From assembly GCF_002571385.2 (NCBI RefSeq), contig NW_019218054.1, positions 14,012 to 78,011 on the forward strand: a stretch of 64,000 bases of DNA, given 5' to 3'. Positions 50,101 to 61,998 of the stretch are shown here, in pieces. Numbering within the stretch: the stretch's first letter is position 1; every line of letters begins with the position of its first letter. The stretch comes from Stylophora pistillata. Its lineage: Eukaryota. The translations under genes and the position numbers were made by a program. The notes beneath the pieces are model-generated. The model did no database searches. It was not told the DNA's origin and saw only the letters and a program-made list of their open reading frames with translations.

Positions 50101-52702
50101 ATATTCCAGAAAATTTCCGCTGACATCGAACGGTTCAACTTTGAGGCCAGAATTTTGAGCACTCTTTCTCGTTTTTTTGGTAGTTAACAAAGTATGACGT
50201 TCTTTGCAGTGCGTGACTCTACGGGATCAGTATTGTCTCCTTCTTCCTAGTTAATAGGTCACGATAGATTTATCGGAACACAGAAGGCATTAAAAGAATA
50301 GATGCACTGAGGAAGAAAAACGCTGAGCTGTGCCGACATGAATTACGCAATGAACGTTCAGGACTCAGAGAGATAGCCTGTAAACTTTGGAGCATCCTAG
50401 TCTGTTGTTTTTACAACGAGGTGCTTCCGAAAACAGAATAATTCGACATTTAAAAAGAAATGTTTCAGAGGCAAGCCTTCAATCAAGTGACATGCCATGA
50501 CTTGCATCAAACCACGAAAAAAAAAATTAACTTGAATACTGCATGATAATTTACAAAAATTAGGTTCATTGTGCAAGAGATTCCCAGATTTCTGAGACTT
50601 CATCGCTCTAAGACACGAAAATGCAGCCTTTTAGGTTCAAAAACACATATTCTCTTTTAGACATAAAGCAGAAAAAAACTAAGGTCAAAACCTAAATCTG
50701 AGAGATTCAATATTCTATACATTTCCCTTTCCAGAGTCATATCTTGGTAAATTGTGAACTGCAGTTCATTGCGAGTCCAAGAAAACTTAATTAACTACAC
50801 AATGAACTATTCATTGTCCTTCAAACGATCTGCCACTGCAATTCATCAGGAACCTTTTAGTCGCTCAATATTTCAATTATGAATATACAATTAAGTTGGT
50901 GGGAATAGAACATTACATTTTTTTCATTGTTGAAAATTTCAAAGGATCGACCATAAAAGAAAATGTTGACTCCATTTCTAACACAAATTACCATTCAGAT
51001 GGGATTAAATACATGCACTAAGCAATGAACATGTCTATTGCGAACAAATCAACAAACCTGCAGGTGTAAGAATTCGCTGTATCTGCGATATACCAAGTTC
51101 ACTGTGCCATCTGACCATGAAACCTTGACACAAAACATCTGCAGAAACGGATGAGAAAGAACAGGATAAGTTTGGAAATATTAAAAACAGAGTTAGGCCA
51201 TTGAAGTATTTCGTAGTCATTAAATAAAGAGTTGCGATACATTAAACGTTATCTTCATTCAAAGAACCATTTAAAAGAGTTGCCTCATGGGTTCAAACGA
51301 TAATTTTGTCGTACCGACAGGAAAGTCTTAATTCAAGACTTAATCGATCTTTTTTTAAGTCCTTTGAACAGTTTAATCTCTTTTTTTTTCTATCGGTCTC
51401 TTTAAGCCACAAATATTCGAAAATGAATATTTGTGTTTATAGTCTACCAATGAAACTGAATTTCGAGGTACCTCTGCATGAAATGGTCCTCTAAAAAATT
51501 TATTTGTTACAAGTCACTAACACTTCGGAACTCTCTGGTAACACACATTAAAGTGTTTCCAGAAAGCACCTTGACGAATCCTTGAACAAAACAGATTTTT
51601 GACTTTCGATTTTAATGTGAATACTCCCAAATACATTATTTTAAAATCTACTTGTAGACACTTTTAGATTTACATATTGAAGTATCAAAACTGCACTAAT
51701 TTTTACAATTTCAAGCGTTTCTTAGAGCACAACCTGATCAGTGTTATCATTTTTCAATTGCGTTCATAAAATAATGCTAAAACTTCGAAGTGCACTTCAA
51801 TTATTTGACCCTTCACGTTTGCCCAAAGCTATCTTAAGAACGATCATTTCAAAGAGTTTTCTCAAGCGTTAAACACTTGGTTATGTTTATACACCAAATT
51901 CGATGAACAAGTTGTACGAAAACAAAAATACTCGCGTGCATAAAAGAATGCTACAACTCCGATGTCCACTAAAGCCCGAGTTCACTCTTCACTTTCAACC
52001 GAAGCTATCTTGAGAATGATTTTTACAAAGATATTTCTCAAGCGTTAAACACTTTGTGATGTTTATAAAGCAAATCCGATGAACACGTACAAAATTAAAA
52101 AATGCGAAGCGTAAGTAACTGTTGTTTTCTTTGTCTAAAAGCAGGAGTTACGCAAGGTAAGCTGTAGTAAGGGAATCCCGGGAGGGAAAGAAATGATACG
52201 AACCGGTTATTTTTTTGCTGAGGTTCCTCCCACTTGCATAAGCCGGATCACAAATTTGCATACGTAAGATATCTGTTTCAAGGTTAAAATTTAGGCGGAC
52301 TGTCTAACCAAACAGCTGAAATAGGCCATTTTGTCCTTCAGCAGCACGTAGATTCGTGCCAAGCAATGACTTACTTATTTAGGAATTGGTGTTTTTCTGA
52401 GCTACACTTATGCGTTTACAAATAAGACGCCAACAAAACTATTTAGCCAAGTACCTCTCATCGCTCCAATCACGCAAAGATTGTCACACACAAATTCCCT
52501 TACTGCTATCTTCCCTGGAACTTTCAAAACTGATAATTGCGTAACTAGTTTTGAACTGTTGATTGCCCAAAACAGGTTTCATCGTTACAGACATCGCTTA
52601 GCCACAATATGTTAATAAATGAAAACTTACGAAGTGTTTTTTAGGTTTGGTTCGCCGTTGCACCCCTTCAACAGATGCCTCTTTCACCGTTCGATTCTCC
52701 AT
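35131..52702 (-). CDS. PX-SH3-SH3-SH3-SH3 protein (SH3PXD2/Tks4-like architecture, NADPH oxidase organizer family), about 832 aa, 12 coding exons
   Basis: Exons: 52702-52631 (MENRTVKEASVEGVQRRTKPKKHF), 51138-51058 (MFCVKVSWSDGTVNLVYRRYSEFLHLQ), 47188-47113, 46890-46805, 45296-45199 (PX); 44859-44768 (basic insert); 44211-44080, 43350-43237 (SH3A); 43132-43015, 42394-42234 (SH3B); 41550-41519; 36567-35131 (acidic/Pro-rich linker plus two SH3). All GT-AG, phase-consistent, total 2499 nt. Confidence 0.87.
37044..38200 (+). pseudogene. Harbinger DDE transposase (HARBI1/DDE_Tnp_4-like), defective
   Basis: Exons 37044-37498 and 37587-38200 with FRMTKEQF, ERLAVTLRYLATG, WNFPNGIGAINGKRV, GDDVF, FNYRLSRMRRSSENCFG. 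Frameshift in the (CT)n near 37090 after the ATG; the first catalytic Asp of GAIDG reads Asn. Confidence 0.85.
38611..38663. repeat. Mini inverted repeat (hairpin) inside the Harbinger
   Basis: ttccctgctagcagaggc...gcctctactagcagggaa, 18-bp arms with one mismatch. Confidence 0.7.
39988..41197 (-). pseudogene. Harbinger second gene: two MADF/Myb-like domains plus BESS-like tail, defective
   Basis: ATG at 41197 with in-frame TAG at about 41156-41158; SRWKFFDSLSYM and WTENETEQLIEYYQQNDILWNHSLSSYRDRD...IKSRWNVLKTFFSRE...YTSQWRYLKSLMFI. A downstream exon at about 40325-39988 gives HLAIAKKRINDVIFDLEM after a frameshift. Confidence 0.8.
45470..45896. mobile_element. Degenerate MITE (agggactggtcattatt-type termini) containing a nested SINE
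   Basis: Left agggactggtcattatt, right aataattactgttcctt; a related terminus aaaaataatgaccggtccct lies at about 56064-56084. Confidence 0.5.
45550..45803 (-). mobile_element. tRNA-derived SINE (second family)
   Basis: Minus strand AGGCGCGGTGGCTTCATGGTTAG (A-box) and GGTTCGAGCCC (B-box), followed by a central gtgttcttagacaagacactttactc...aaatgggtacc block reminiscent of conserved SINE central domains. Confidence 0.75.
47340..47649. mobile_element. Tourist/Harbinger-type MITE
   Basis: TIRs gggaccgttcattttttac / gtaaaaaatgaacggtccc flanked by TAA on both sides (47337-47339, 47650-47652). Confidence 0.88.
49803..50064 (+). repeat. 37-bp minisatellite, about 7 copies
   Basis: aagcctc(caagaaa|taagtca)gaaaaataaaacccatgcactgt repeated in tandem. 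Confidence 0.9.
51780..52085 (+). repeat. Diverged tandem duplication, about 175-bp period
   Basis: aagctatctt.agaa.gat...ttctcaagcgttaaacact...gatgaaca at about 51826 and about 52002. Confidence 0.75.
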
Positions 52703-55700
52703 CGTAACCAGAACTTAGTTCAGTTCACGTTGTTTTCAGTTTCTACAAGCACAAATATTAACGCCTAATCTCTTCTGTCGCTTGCTCCAAAACCACTACA
52801 TTAATCAACAACAATGACGAAAATGTATTAGCATTTGGCACTTTCGCTCTAAGAAGCCCACTATTATTGCATATATTCCATGCTTCGTTTGTCAAATAGA
52901 ATTGAACACGTAATCCTTATCAGCGACGTAAGCTTTGCGGCGAATATTGAAGCGGTCAAACAAAAGTCCATGATCAGTATGTATATCGTAGGTAGAAGAC
53001 ATCGATGCCAGAACTCACTTTTCAAAGAAGGCAAATAAAAGAAAACGCCGAAGACTTTTCTTGATGTTCATTCCAAACAACCGGTATTCGTGCTAAAAAT
53101 TTTACAGCTCTCGTTCCTATCTACATTTTCTCACCCCTGTCTACTGAAGAAAGGGGCCTTGCGGTTATCTTCCAGGCATCAGGAATGAACAAAAAAGAAA
53201 TAGTTTTACACGTGCACGATGATATCAGGCACGTCTTCTCGGAGAATGGTTTCAGCAAAACACTTGAGATACGTGTTGTCTCTTGGATATTCGAATACAG
53301 TTCAACAATAGCTGTTAATGACAGATACAATGAGTGGGAATACTTAGGGCGATATTTATTATTTTATTCTTACGTAAATAATCGATAGATACTTCGTGAT
53401 AATGTGTTGCGAGCAAGTCTAATGTAAAAAAAATTCTTCAAAAAAGCAATGCTTCGGATTTATCTGACGCTCTTAAGATTCTAACTGATTGCACACCCTT
53501 CGATGAAAGTGAAACAAAGAATATTTAATGACGCATGAATTCGGTCAAAGCGAACCCTTGAGTGTCGTCCTTTGTTTCAGAGTTCCTCTTTCTAAAAATA
53601 GTATTGTTTAGAAGCCAGTTCATTTGGAATAAGTACGCTTTAAAATCTGTGTCTAGTATTTTTAAAATGGATCTAAGCCTTTCCGTGTAAAACAACAATC
53701 GATAAACTATTGGAACTCCGATGTTGTTTATCAGTCCTAAAGGCTTTGGAATTCCGCCAAGAGTGCCCATAATTTGACTCTCATTACCGAGCCCAAGTTT
53801 TTTCAGCATAGCGCATGATCGGCTCAGGGAAATGGGACGGTACCCAGCCTAGTTCATCGTGAATTTCCACGAGCCACCATCCACCTTTACTTTTCCGTAT
53901 CACCTGCACTATGTCTCCCTCGTACGAATCAATCATACCATTTTCTGTGGCCTGGTAGCTAGCAGTCGCTTGATAGACTTGTCTTCTGTGCCATTTGGAG
54001 TGGCTAATCGAGGTCTTGACTACAACCGAGTGCATGCGTTTTGAATGTATTCTTCTCTTTCTGCCCTAAGATGCAGATGTGTTAAACACCGATAGATCGT
54101 CACTGGAGGAATTTTCGTAAGTCGTGTGGTTTCTCATCACTGAAAACAAGTCGTCATCTGTAGATCCATAGGCATAGCGCCTGTATGAAGGTCCTTCCTG
54201 ATTGATTCTAAACTTACGGGGTAATTGTTCATGTTTTATTCGTTGTCTTAACATTCATTTACCACATTACGTCAAGTAAAAATTAGGTACTTAGGGTCAA
54301 GATCACAACTTTCAAAGTAAAATAAGCTGATAGAACCTGACACAGTATGTTGGAGGGAGAGCTTCTGATCTGACGAATGTCTCTTGGAATGCAAAATATA
54401 AGATGTAGATCTCGATGAAGATGAAGATGAAGATCTAGAGTGGGAACTCAATCCCCAATGATCCTGCGATCCTTACCATTAGGCTGTGCTCTTCCTTGCA
54501 GCTCTCCTTCGCGGATGTCATCCATTTCGTCATCTCTCAGCTGAAGACCCACTGCTGCCATCCGTCTTAAATTCTTTGCCGAGTTACCTGATGAAATCCT
54601 CTTAAGACTTAAGATAAACAGATGGCGCCCAACCTTCTTTGTTACCATATCTAGGAAACAATTTTTCATAGTACAGTTTTAGATGACACAAGCATGTGAG
54701 GTGTGAGGTAAGGCAGATATGAAAATCCAACCATTCACATGACTGTTTCCCTTAAAAAGGAAAATTTGCAGCGGTATTCTTGTTGGATATCACATGGCTG
54801 ACTTACCTAACCCTCCACCATCCGTCGAGAGTTTTCTCGATCACATAAAGATTCACACCGATTTCAAAATTGATTTCATCACAGTGCTTCGCCCGGTAAG
54901 AACTTGTGGTCATGTAAATCTCTTCTGTAAAAATAATAACAAAACAAAAAAGTTAATTATTTATTTACTCCGGATTTACATCCCACATTCACAAAGATGT
55001 TTAGAGCTACTGATTTGAAGCCGCTCAAACAAGGTTCAGAGACGCGGTGGCAAAAATTGTCAATGCAATATATTCCTGGTCCAAATTCAATTTCTTTTTT
55101 AGCCTGATTTGCAGTCATCTTTATTACTCTGTAATTAAAGACGCTCTCTCCACAGGAGTGGAAATAATTATCAGACACCTGCCAAGACATATGTGACGGA
55201 ATAACGTCCAACCTTGGTGAAGGTCAGACATTACCCATAGGTCATTAATCCCAGGGAAACTGGTAAAATCTCTGATAAAACCGGGTGGGCGGCCTGACTC
55301 GAGCACAGAATTCACCATTACCTTTCACACAAAAACGAATCAATAACACAAGTATCCACATTTTTTCCATTGTTATTTCTATGATTTTCATACATTCACC
55401 GTCAGTGCAATTTCTTTTTGTCAAGACTAGTCTGTTACTGGATTTTCAAGATCGAAAAATTTTCTGGAATCACATCTTTTTTGAGGAAAATCGCATACTA
55501 AAAGATAGGTTCAATTATTCCTTCCACCAATTTTTCTGTCTTGCGTCTCTTCTGTCTGTCTGTGTTCACCTCAGCGGCTAAAACTGTAACTGGATTCTTA
55601 CCTTGACCGGGGGCAAATATCTCTGTGACAATATCGTCGTCATCGTCGTCATCATTACCGCCATATAAAGGCTTTATGAAGGAGGCTGGTACCCAACCAA

Positions 55701-57147
55701 TTTCACCCTCACAATCTGCATGCCACCAGCCTGACATAAAACCAAGGGAAAAAGTTGGTTTGCTCACTGTATTCCCATAAGAACGCCATCCAAAATTTGA
55801 TCCATTTATTTCTCTAAAGTGAGCGCTGATTTTGCCACTCAATATTTGTCACCAGGGAGGGAGGTCGGGGGATTACTGGGGAGATCACATGGTTTCAGAG
55901 AAACAATGGGGGCATTAGTTGTCTCTAACACAGTATAAAGGGGAGGACTATAAAAAATTGACTGCAAATAATATCATTAGAATACTACAGAAGCCTAGCT
56001 AGGGAGGATAAGGTTAATATCAATGTGACAAAACTTCCGACCTTCCCTCCCCTCCCTCAAGGCAAAAAATAATGACCGGTCCCTTAGCGTTCTTTCAGGC
56101 TCTCACCGCTCTCGTGTTTTTTTATCACACCCACTGTGTATCCTTTGGTAAGGCCAATGTCACTGAGATATTTCTTCTGGTAATTCTCCAACGCAACAAA
56201 CTGCTCCAAAAGCACTGGTTCCCCGATAGAATTTGCTATTGAAACGAAAACATCGCAAAACGGTGAGCTACTGAATTACCAACTGAAGCTCCCGTAGAAA
56301 TATTCTATACTATCCTCACCAAAACTAAGATTTCGTCGCCTTAAGAATTGGATTTATTAATTCCTTCGCTTCTTAATTTTCCAATTTTGGACCAGCTGGC
56401 CAGGCTAACTTTGGAAGTCATTTGGAAAAACCTAATGACAAGAGCCATATACCTACTTTTTATTATTGCAAGACATTTTAATGAAGAGCATCAATCCTGG
56501 AATATAAGCGATTTTTTTTATCCAAAAACTGGAAGTCTTGTACTATTTTTTGGCGTCATTCATCGTTAAAATTGTGAAAAAAAAAGTTTAGTCTCTTACT
56601 CTTCTCTAATGAACCCACCTGTGAGAAATTTCGATGACAACCTCCTTAACAGAGATGATTTCATCGAAAATTTCGACTCTTTTTTTTCGAGGTGGTTTTC
56701 TGCAAGATGCACACACACACGTTCATTCATTGTCAGCCAGATAAATTACCTGAGCTCAAAATAGAAGTTTGATATTGTCTGAGTACATTTGATATTGATT
56801 TATTGAGTCAAGCAAGCACTAACTTTCTTTTGATCCTTTTGAAAACTTCCAGATCCTCAGGGCGCGGAGTAAAAAAACTTGTCACCAGCTCACACCCGGA
56901 TATGTGTTTGGGTAGTGTGATCAAATCCTAGACCATGAATACATTACTAAGGGTGAGTAATATCGTGTACAGGTGGCTTTATTGACATCTGTTTCACAAA
57001 AATTTTGGGTCCACATAAAAAAAAAAAAATTGAGATCTTGAAGGATTCGGTTGAAAATTCCATCACATAAAAATAGACTGTAGCTAGCTAACCTTCCAAA
57101 ACCGAACAGTCCGTTTCTTAGCGCCAAAAAGTGCAATACATGTTCCT

Positions 57148-57149
<2 letters not shown>

Positions 57150-57181
<32 letters not shown>

Positions 57182-57250
57182 GTTTATTGTCTAACGTGAG
57201 GCATGGTTGCCCAATTGCCCGAGCCAGAGGCTCATGTATAAAACGGTAGA
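57150..57250 (-). mobile_element. 3' terminus of a LINE/SINE-type retroposon ending in AATAAA and (TTGA)n
   Basis: Minus strand atgagcctctggctcgggcaattgggcaaccatgcc...aataaactttgattgattg; (aatc)n microsatellite at 57150-57180. Confidence 0.5.
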
Positions 57251-57530
57251 CTATAAATTAATTATAATTAAAGGTAAATTATTAGAAGTACTTAAAACTT
57301 TATAGATAAAAAATATATAAGTTCAGAGTATGAATGATAATTGTAAAATTGTAGGTGATTAATATTGATAATTAAAAGAGTCTAAACATTTTGTTCAGTG
57401 AAAGACATTGCAGTAGATGAATATGAATAAAAAATGACAATGTATGTGTATGTACAATTAAAGTCAACTACACGTATTACATTTACAGATTGGTCCTAGA
57501 GTGCTAAAATCGAAATTCTTAAGTTTTCTC

Positions 57531-57615
57531 AGTTAACTCTTATTAACCTTATTAATCTTATTAACTCTTATTAACCTTATTAATCTTATTAACTCTTATT
57601 AACCTCTTATTAACT
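57531..57615 (+). repeat. AT-rich short tandem repeat (TTATTAA-C/T-C units)
   Basis: ttattaacc / ttattaatc / ttattaactc units repeated about 8 times. Confidence 0.8.
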
Positions 57616-60600
57616 TACAAGGTAGACTCTTGTACTGTGCTAAACCTGCCATGTTACTCACCAGGACAAATTCTTGAATCCTCTCCACCTTCGCATGAAC
57701 AGTTGTTGGTAGGAAACTCATTTTCCCTGAAATATTGAACAGCGATTGTGAGTTTCAGAGTCTTTATTGTGTGTGGTAAACAACAATTTTGGAATATTCT
57801 CGCGATTAGTATTAAACAACTCTCTGGGCAGGGCTGTGATACTAGTTCCACGGGTTTTGATTTCTTCAGGCAAGATGGTTATTTTAATGAGCATACACTA
57901 GCCTCTAGTCACAGAAATTAAACTTGAAAGAAAGTTTCGAAAGGTGACGTTCAAACGATAAGCTAACACACGTGAGTGAGCGATGAAACTGAAGGAAAAG
58001 TTTTCCTTCACAGTCTTAAGATTGCTAATTTTTTCTCGTAATCGAAGCGCAAGAGCTCTAACCCTAGCTTCTTATCTGTATGACTACAACTGAGAAAGTT
58101 GTTTTGGTGAATTTCCTCCAGAGACCATGGCACCTTGGACTGACGGGATCTTGATTCTACTGCGTTTATTCAGTGGAAAAGATGCTCAAAGGTTGCTCTA
58201 AGAAAAAAGAATAAAAGACACCTTTAGTTAGATTAAATGGAAAGAATCTGCTTTCAATTTTGTTAATTGAGCATCACAATACAAATAGATAACTTTGCAT
58301 CTTAAGTGAGCTCTTGTAATGTCTTGATTGAATCTTTATTGCGTCTTTTAAACTACCCTTTCTCTACACCATTTGCAGCTGAATTAACTCCTCTCAACAT
58401 ATTTCTAGTCATGTTATACGAGTTCAAAGTTTTAAGTTTCCGGCTTTCCAAGCCGGTTAACCGTTATGAAGACGGCGCTCCCTCTATGATGAAAGGTCCC
58501 CCACATATTTGGGTTGGGCCGAGCAATGCCAAATCTAAAAGATCGTCTAGATGAACAACATAAATGACACCAAAAGTAGAAATAAAAGAGACAATTTCAA
58601 GTACTCACGCCCAAGAGTCGTAGAAAGTATCTACTGGGGATTAAGATTAACAGCAATAGACAATACACCATCAATTAATTTTTGCAACAGCTCCTATCCT
58701 AAAGAGGAATACGATTGTACAACTCTACTTACCTCAAGCTGCGTAATTTTTCTGAATCTCCGATATATAATGTTAACGGTGCCGTCCGACCATAAAACCT
58801 TTATAGAATAGACCTTTAAACCAGAAAAAATACACGAATGATATTAGCTGTCCGTTCTTTGCAAGGTATAACAGTAGATGGTAAAAATATCATGTACTTA
58901 CAACGTGATTGCTGGGTCTTTTTCGCTGAAAGCCTTCGACAGAAACTTCCCTTATCACTCTCCGAGGCGTCCCCACTGCTGGGGAATATCTGCTCATGTT
59001 TTACGCTGCTGTCGACGTACAGGTTTGCGATCGATCACTTTGAGAGTATACCACCAAAGGCAGTTACCTTTGTTTTGGGCGCAAAAAGGCACGCAATAGG
59101 TAACGAACCCACTGGAAACTAGGGAATTATTTCCAATAATTCCGATGAAAGAGGAAGAGGAAACACAGCTTTCTAGATCTAGAGTCAATTCCAAGGAGTT
59201 TTCACTGTTCTCTGTCAGGTCCTGAGTGTAGCGCAATTGAAATATTTTTCACTTTTGACTTCCAGTTCACAAAAGATATTAAAAAATAATTGATAAAAAT
59301 TAAATATGGGCTCTTTTGTTCAACCATGAAAGAAACCAAACAACAATGCACTAGAAAATTTCTGTCTTTTTTAAGCTTCGTAGTTCATCCTTCTCCGTAT
59401 ACAGTTAAAAATCTTCATGAGACTTGACCCAACGACTGTTTTCTGCGTGATTTTTAAACCGTGTCAGTTTATACCAGTTGGTGAACCTCAAATGGGTCAT
59501 CTCCAAACAGAAAGCTTTCGCTAACTACCGGAAAAAATACTTCAACTTGCATCCTCTGGAAAAAATTCCCTGGTACTAATTGTTTTAAATTGTACGTCCA
59601 TGCAGCAGCAGCATTGTGAGTCTCTTGTCCCAGGTGCCAAAACAGTTTTAGCGTCTTTTTAGTAAAAAGAACTCTTAATTGTAAAGAGATCCAAGTAGGA
59701 GGGGTCATTGGAATTGAAATATCAAGAAAGTGTTTCATAAAATTTCTATCCTCATTAAACAATGGTTATTTCTTCCCTCTTCTACTGTCAACCCAAGTTA
59801 TCCCAAAATAAAAAGAGGGGGCGAGCTTCCGAAGAAACTGTGGTTTTGCATCGGTGGGGGAGTGGGGAGGGGTATTACAAAATCAGAGTAGATTTTCCCT
59901 TTTGCTGTTCAGAAAGCTGCAGAACTCTTGAACAAGAATTTATCCTTCAAATCGGTGCTCTTATTAACCTCCATGGTATCGGCGGACGCTTTTCATTCAA
60001 CGAATTTTTTTATCGTGTTTTTCACGTTACCATGTTCCCGCTAATGACGTAATTCCATCTATAGCTTTCTTTAAAAAGGTCACTTTAATTATTACGACTT
60101 GAATGAAACAATTGTTCATTGCTTGAAAAGGGACGCGTACGAAAAACCGAACAGTCTTAGTACATCAGATCAAATTGCACCGTCGCGTTGGCTAACGATC
60201 GGCCACCGACATGCAGCCGACGCTCAACCGATCGAACTTTCGGTAAGCCGCAGTCGCCCGACATTTAGCCGACGATATGTCGACTGTATTAAATTCTTAT
60301 TCGATCCCTTCACTGCTACTGACCATCAAAATGAAAAAAAGGTGAACTGCGATTTAAAGAATTGCAGAAGAAGCGTGGAAAAAATATTCAGGCCTTAAAT
60401 GGGGAAAATAGGAAACGTTTTCTAAATTTTTTTTTTCTCTTCCGCACTTCGGTGCTGTAGCTAGTTACCACAATCAAGTTTCACAATGTTGTCCTTTCAT
60501 AGTCTTGTATCCAGATCTCCCTCCAACAGATTAAGGTAGACCTGTATCTTCAAGCTCTTCCCATTATCCTTTGAAGGCGCGGATGCATGCAATCTTTTCA

Positions 60601-61998
60601 AAGATTGGCCATTGTGGCCATTACTATGGCAACGATTAAAGGAAAAAAACTGGTTCGCCAACTGCTGAACCTATTTATATTTGGGAGAACAGTGAATTCC
60701 GAAGGTTAAGAAGCATACCAAGATTCGAAAGAAAGGAAAAAACTGCAATAAAAAGAGCATGACATCTTCATGAACGTGACCTGAATGACGCGATGCGTGA
60801 ATGCTCAGCGAAAAGAAAAGGCGGGGGTAGAACTGAAATAACCATGTACTCACAGTTACTCTTTCGAGATATTTTCTCGACTTTTAAGCTAAAACTGTAC
60901 GTGTTCAGAAATTAAGACAAATTTACCATTTCAAGGTCAATATGCAAAAACAGGATCAGCCTTTACAAATTTTTTGCTCAATTTTTTTCTTTGACTTAAC
61001 GCTCTCCTAATAAAACCTGCAGTAATTAAATATTGACAGATTATCGCAATTAAGTGACAGCGAGGTTGTCATTGCAAAACTCCATTTTATTGGCTGATTC
61101 TGCGATACGGACAAACAAAGGAATTTGCATTTAAATGCTGCAATATTTGATTATCATTAGTTCACACCATTCTCTCGGGATTGAAAGCAAACAAACTAAT
61201 TAATCTCACTAGCCATAAATCTTTAAGAGAGTAAGAGCGGACGGCAAGCTGGTCATTGTGTTTACGACAGAATGCCAACAATTATCTGGGAAACAACCGA
61301 AAATAGGACGCTAAAATCGTCGCGTGGCCAACTTGATACCTCAGGCATTTTTATATGTGTTATTTTCTAAAGTTAAACAAACAGTCTGAGTTGTTCTGAA
61401 ATAGAAAATTCATGTCTGACAGCCAAAAGACTTCCGTTTCCAAGGTCATTGCTGAAAACAGATGATAGCATTGTGAAGAAATCAACTTGATAATTTTGGG
61501 GGAAAAAGACACTGACAACTCCTTGAGCTGTTTTCTTAGCCAATTCTTGGTAATTCAGTGTTTAGCAGAGTAACTGGACCGGCAAAAGGCTCGTCACGGT
61601 GCAGTGAAGTTAAGTCACCTAAGTTAAACTTCAGCTTGGAAGCGTGGGATACAAGAAAGCTGGCCAGACCTGGCAACACAAAACTTACAGTCGATTTTAG
61701 TTTGAATTCATACAACGCCATTCACAAGAAAGGGCCTGAAAAGTCTCTGGGAAACTCTTTTGACTTGCACTAATTCACTTTGATCTGAACCCGGCGGCAA
61801 TCGTGAATAGTTATTAGATTAACAGCTTGTCTGAACAACAGCATATATTGTTTGGTCTCCAACGAGTAACTACAACATCAAGGAGAAAAAGTATTTGTAA
61901 CTCTTGAAGTCGTACCATATTTTCAATTATTTGGGTGGAATGACCTCAAAGAACTGCTTTTAGCAAAATCGCGGGATCTATCTGAACAGTTAATCAAA

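Larger units (their letters stand above)
53784..58997 (-). pseudogene. Unprocessed PX-SH3-SH3-SH3 (NCF1/SH3PXD2-like) pseudogene
   Basis: Exons 58997-58902 (MSRY...VSVEGFQRKRPSNHV), 58813-58733 (VYSIKVLWSDGTVNIIYRRFRKITQLE), 58197-58134 (in-frame TGA at 58186-58188), 57726-57662, 56927-56824, 56699-56619 (phase off by one at an A8 run), 56235-56107, 55730-55602, 54924-54807, then 54650 onward (7-bp duplication frameshift; TAG at 54066-54068), ending in an SH3 (KSKGGWWLVEIHDELGWVPSHF). Confidence 0.85.

Noticed and set aside
52703-53783. Fusion of the pseudogene with the downstream PX-(SH3)4 gene, analogous to the + strand fusion
   Set aside because: The acceptor at about 52743 is followed by an in-frame TGA before the ATG at 52702, so it is 5'UTR.
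58186-58188. In-frame TGA as selenocysteine or readthrough
   Set aside because: The same gene has several other frameshifts and stops, and I recognised no SECIS.
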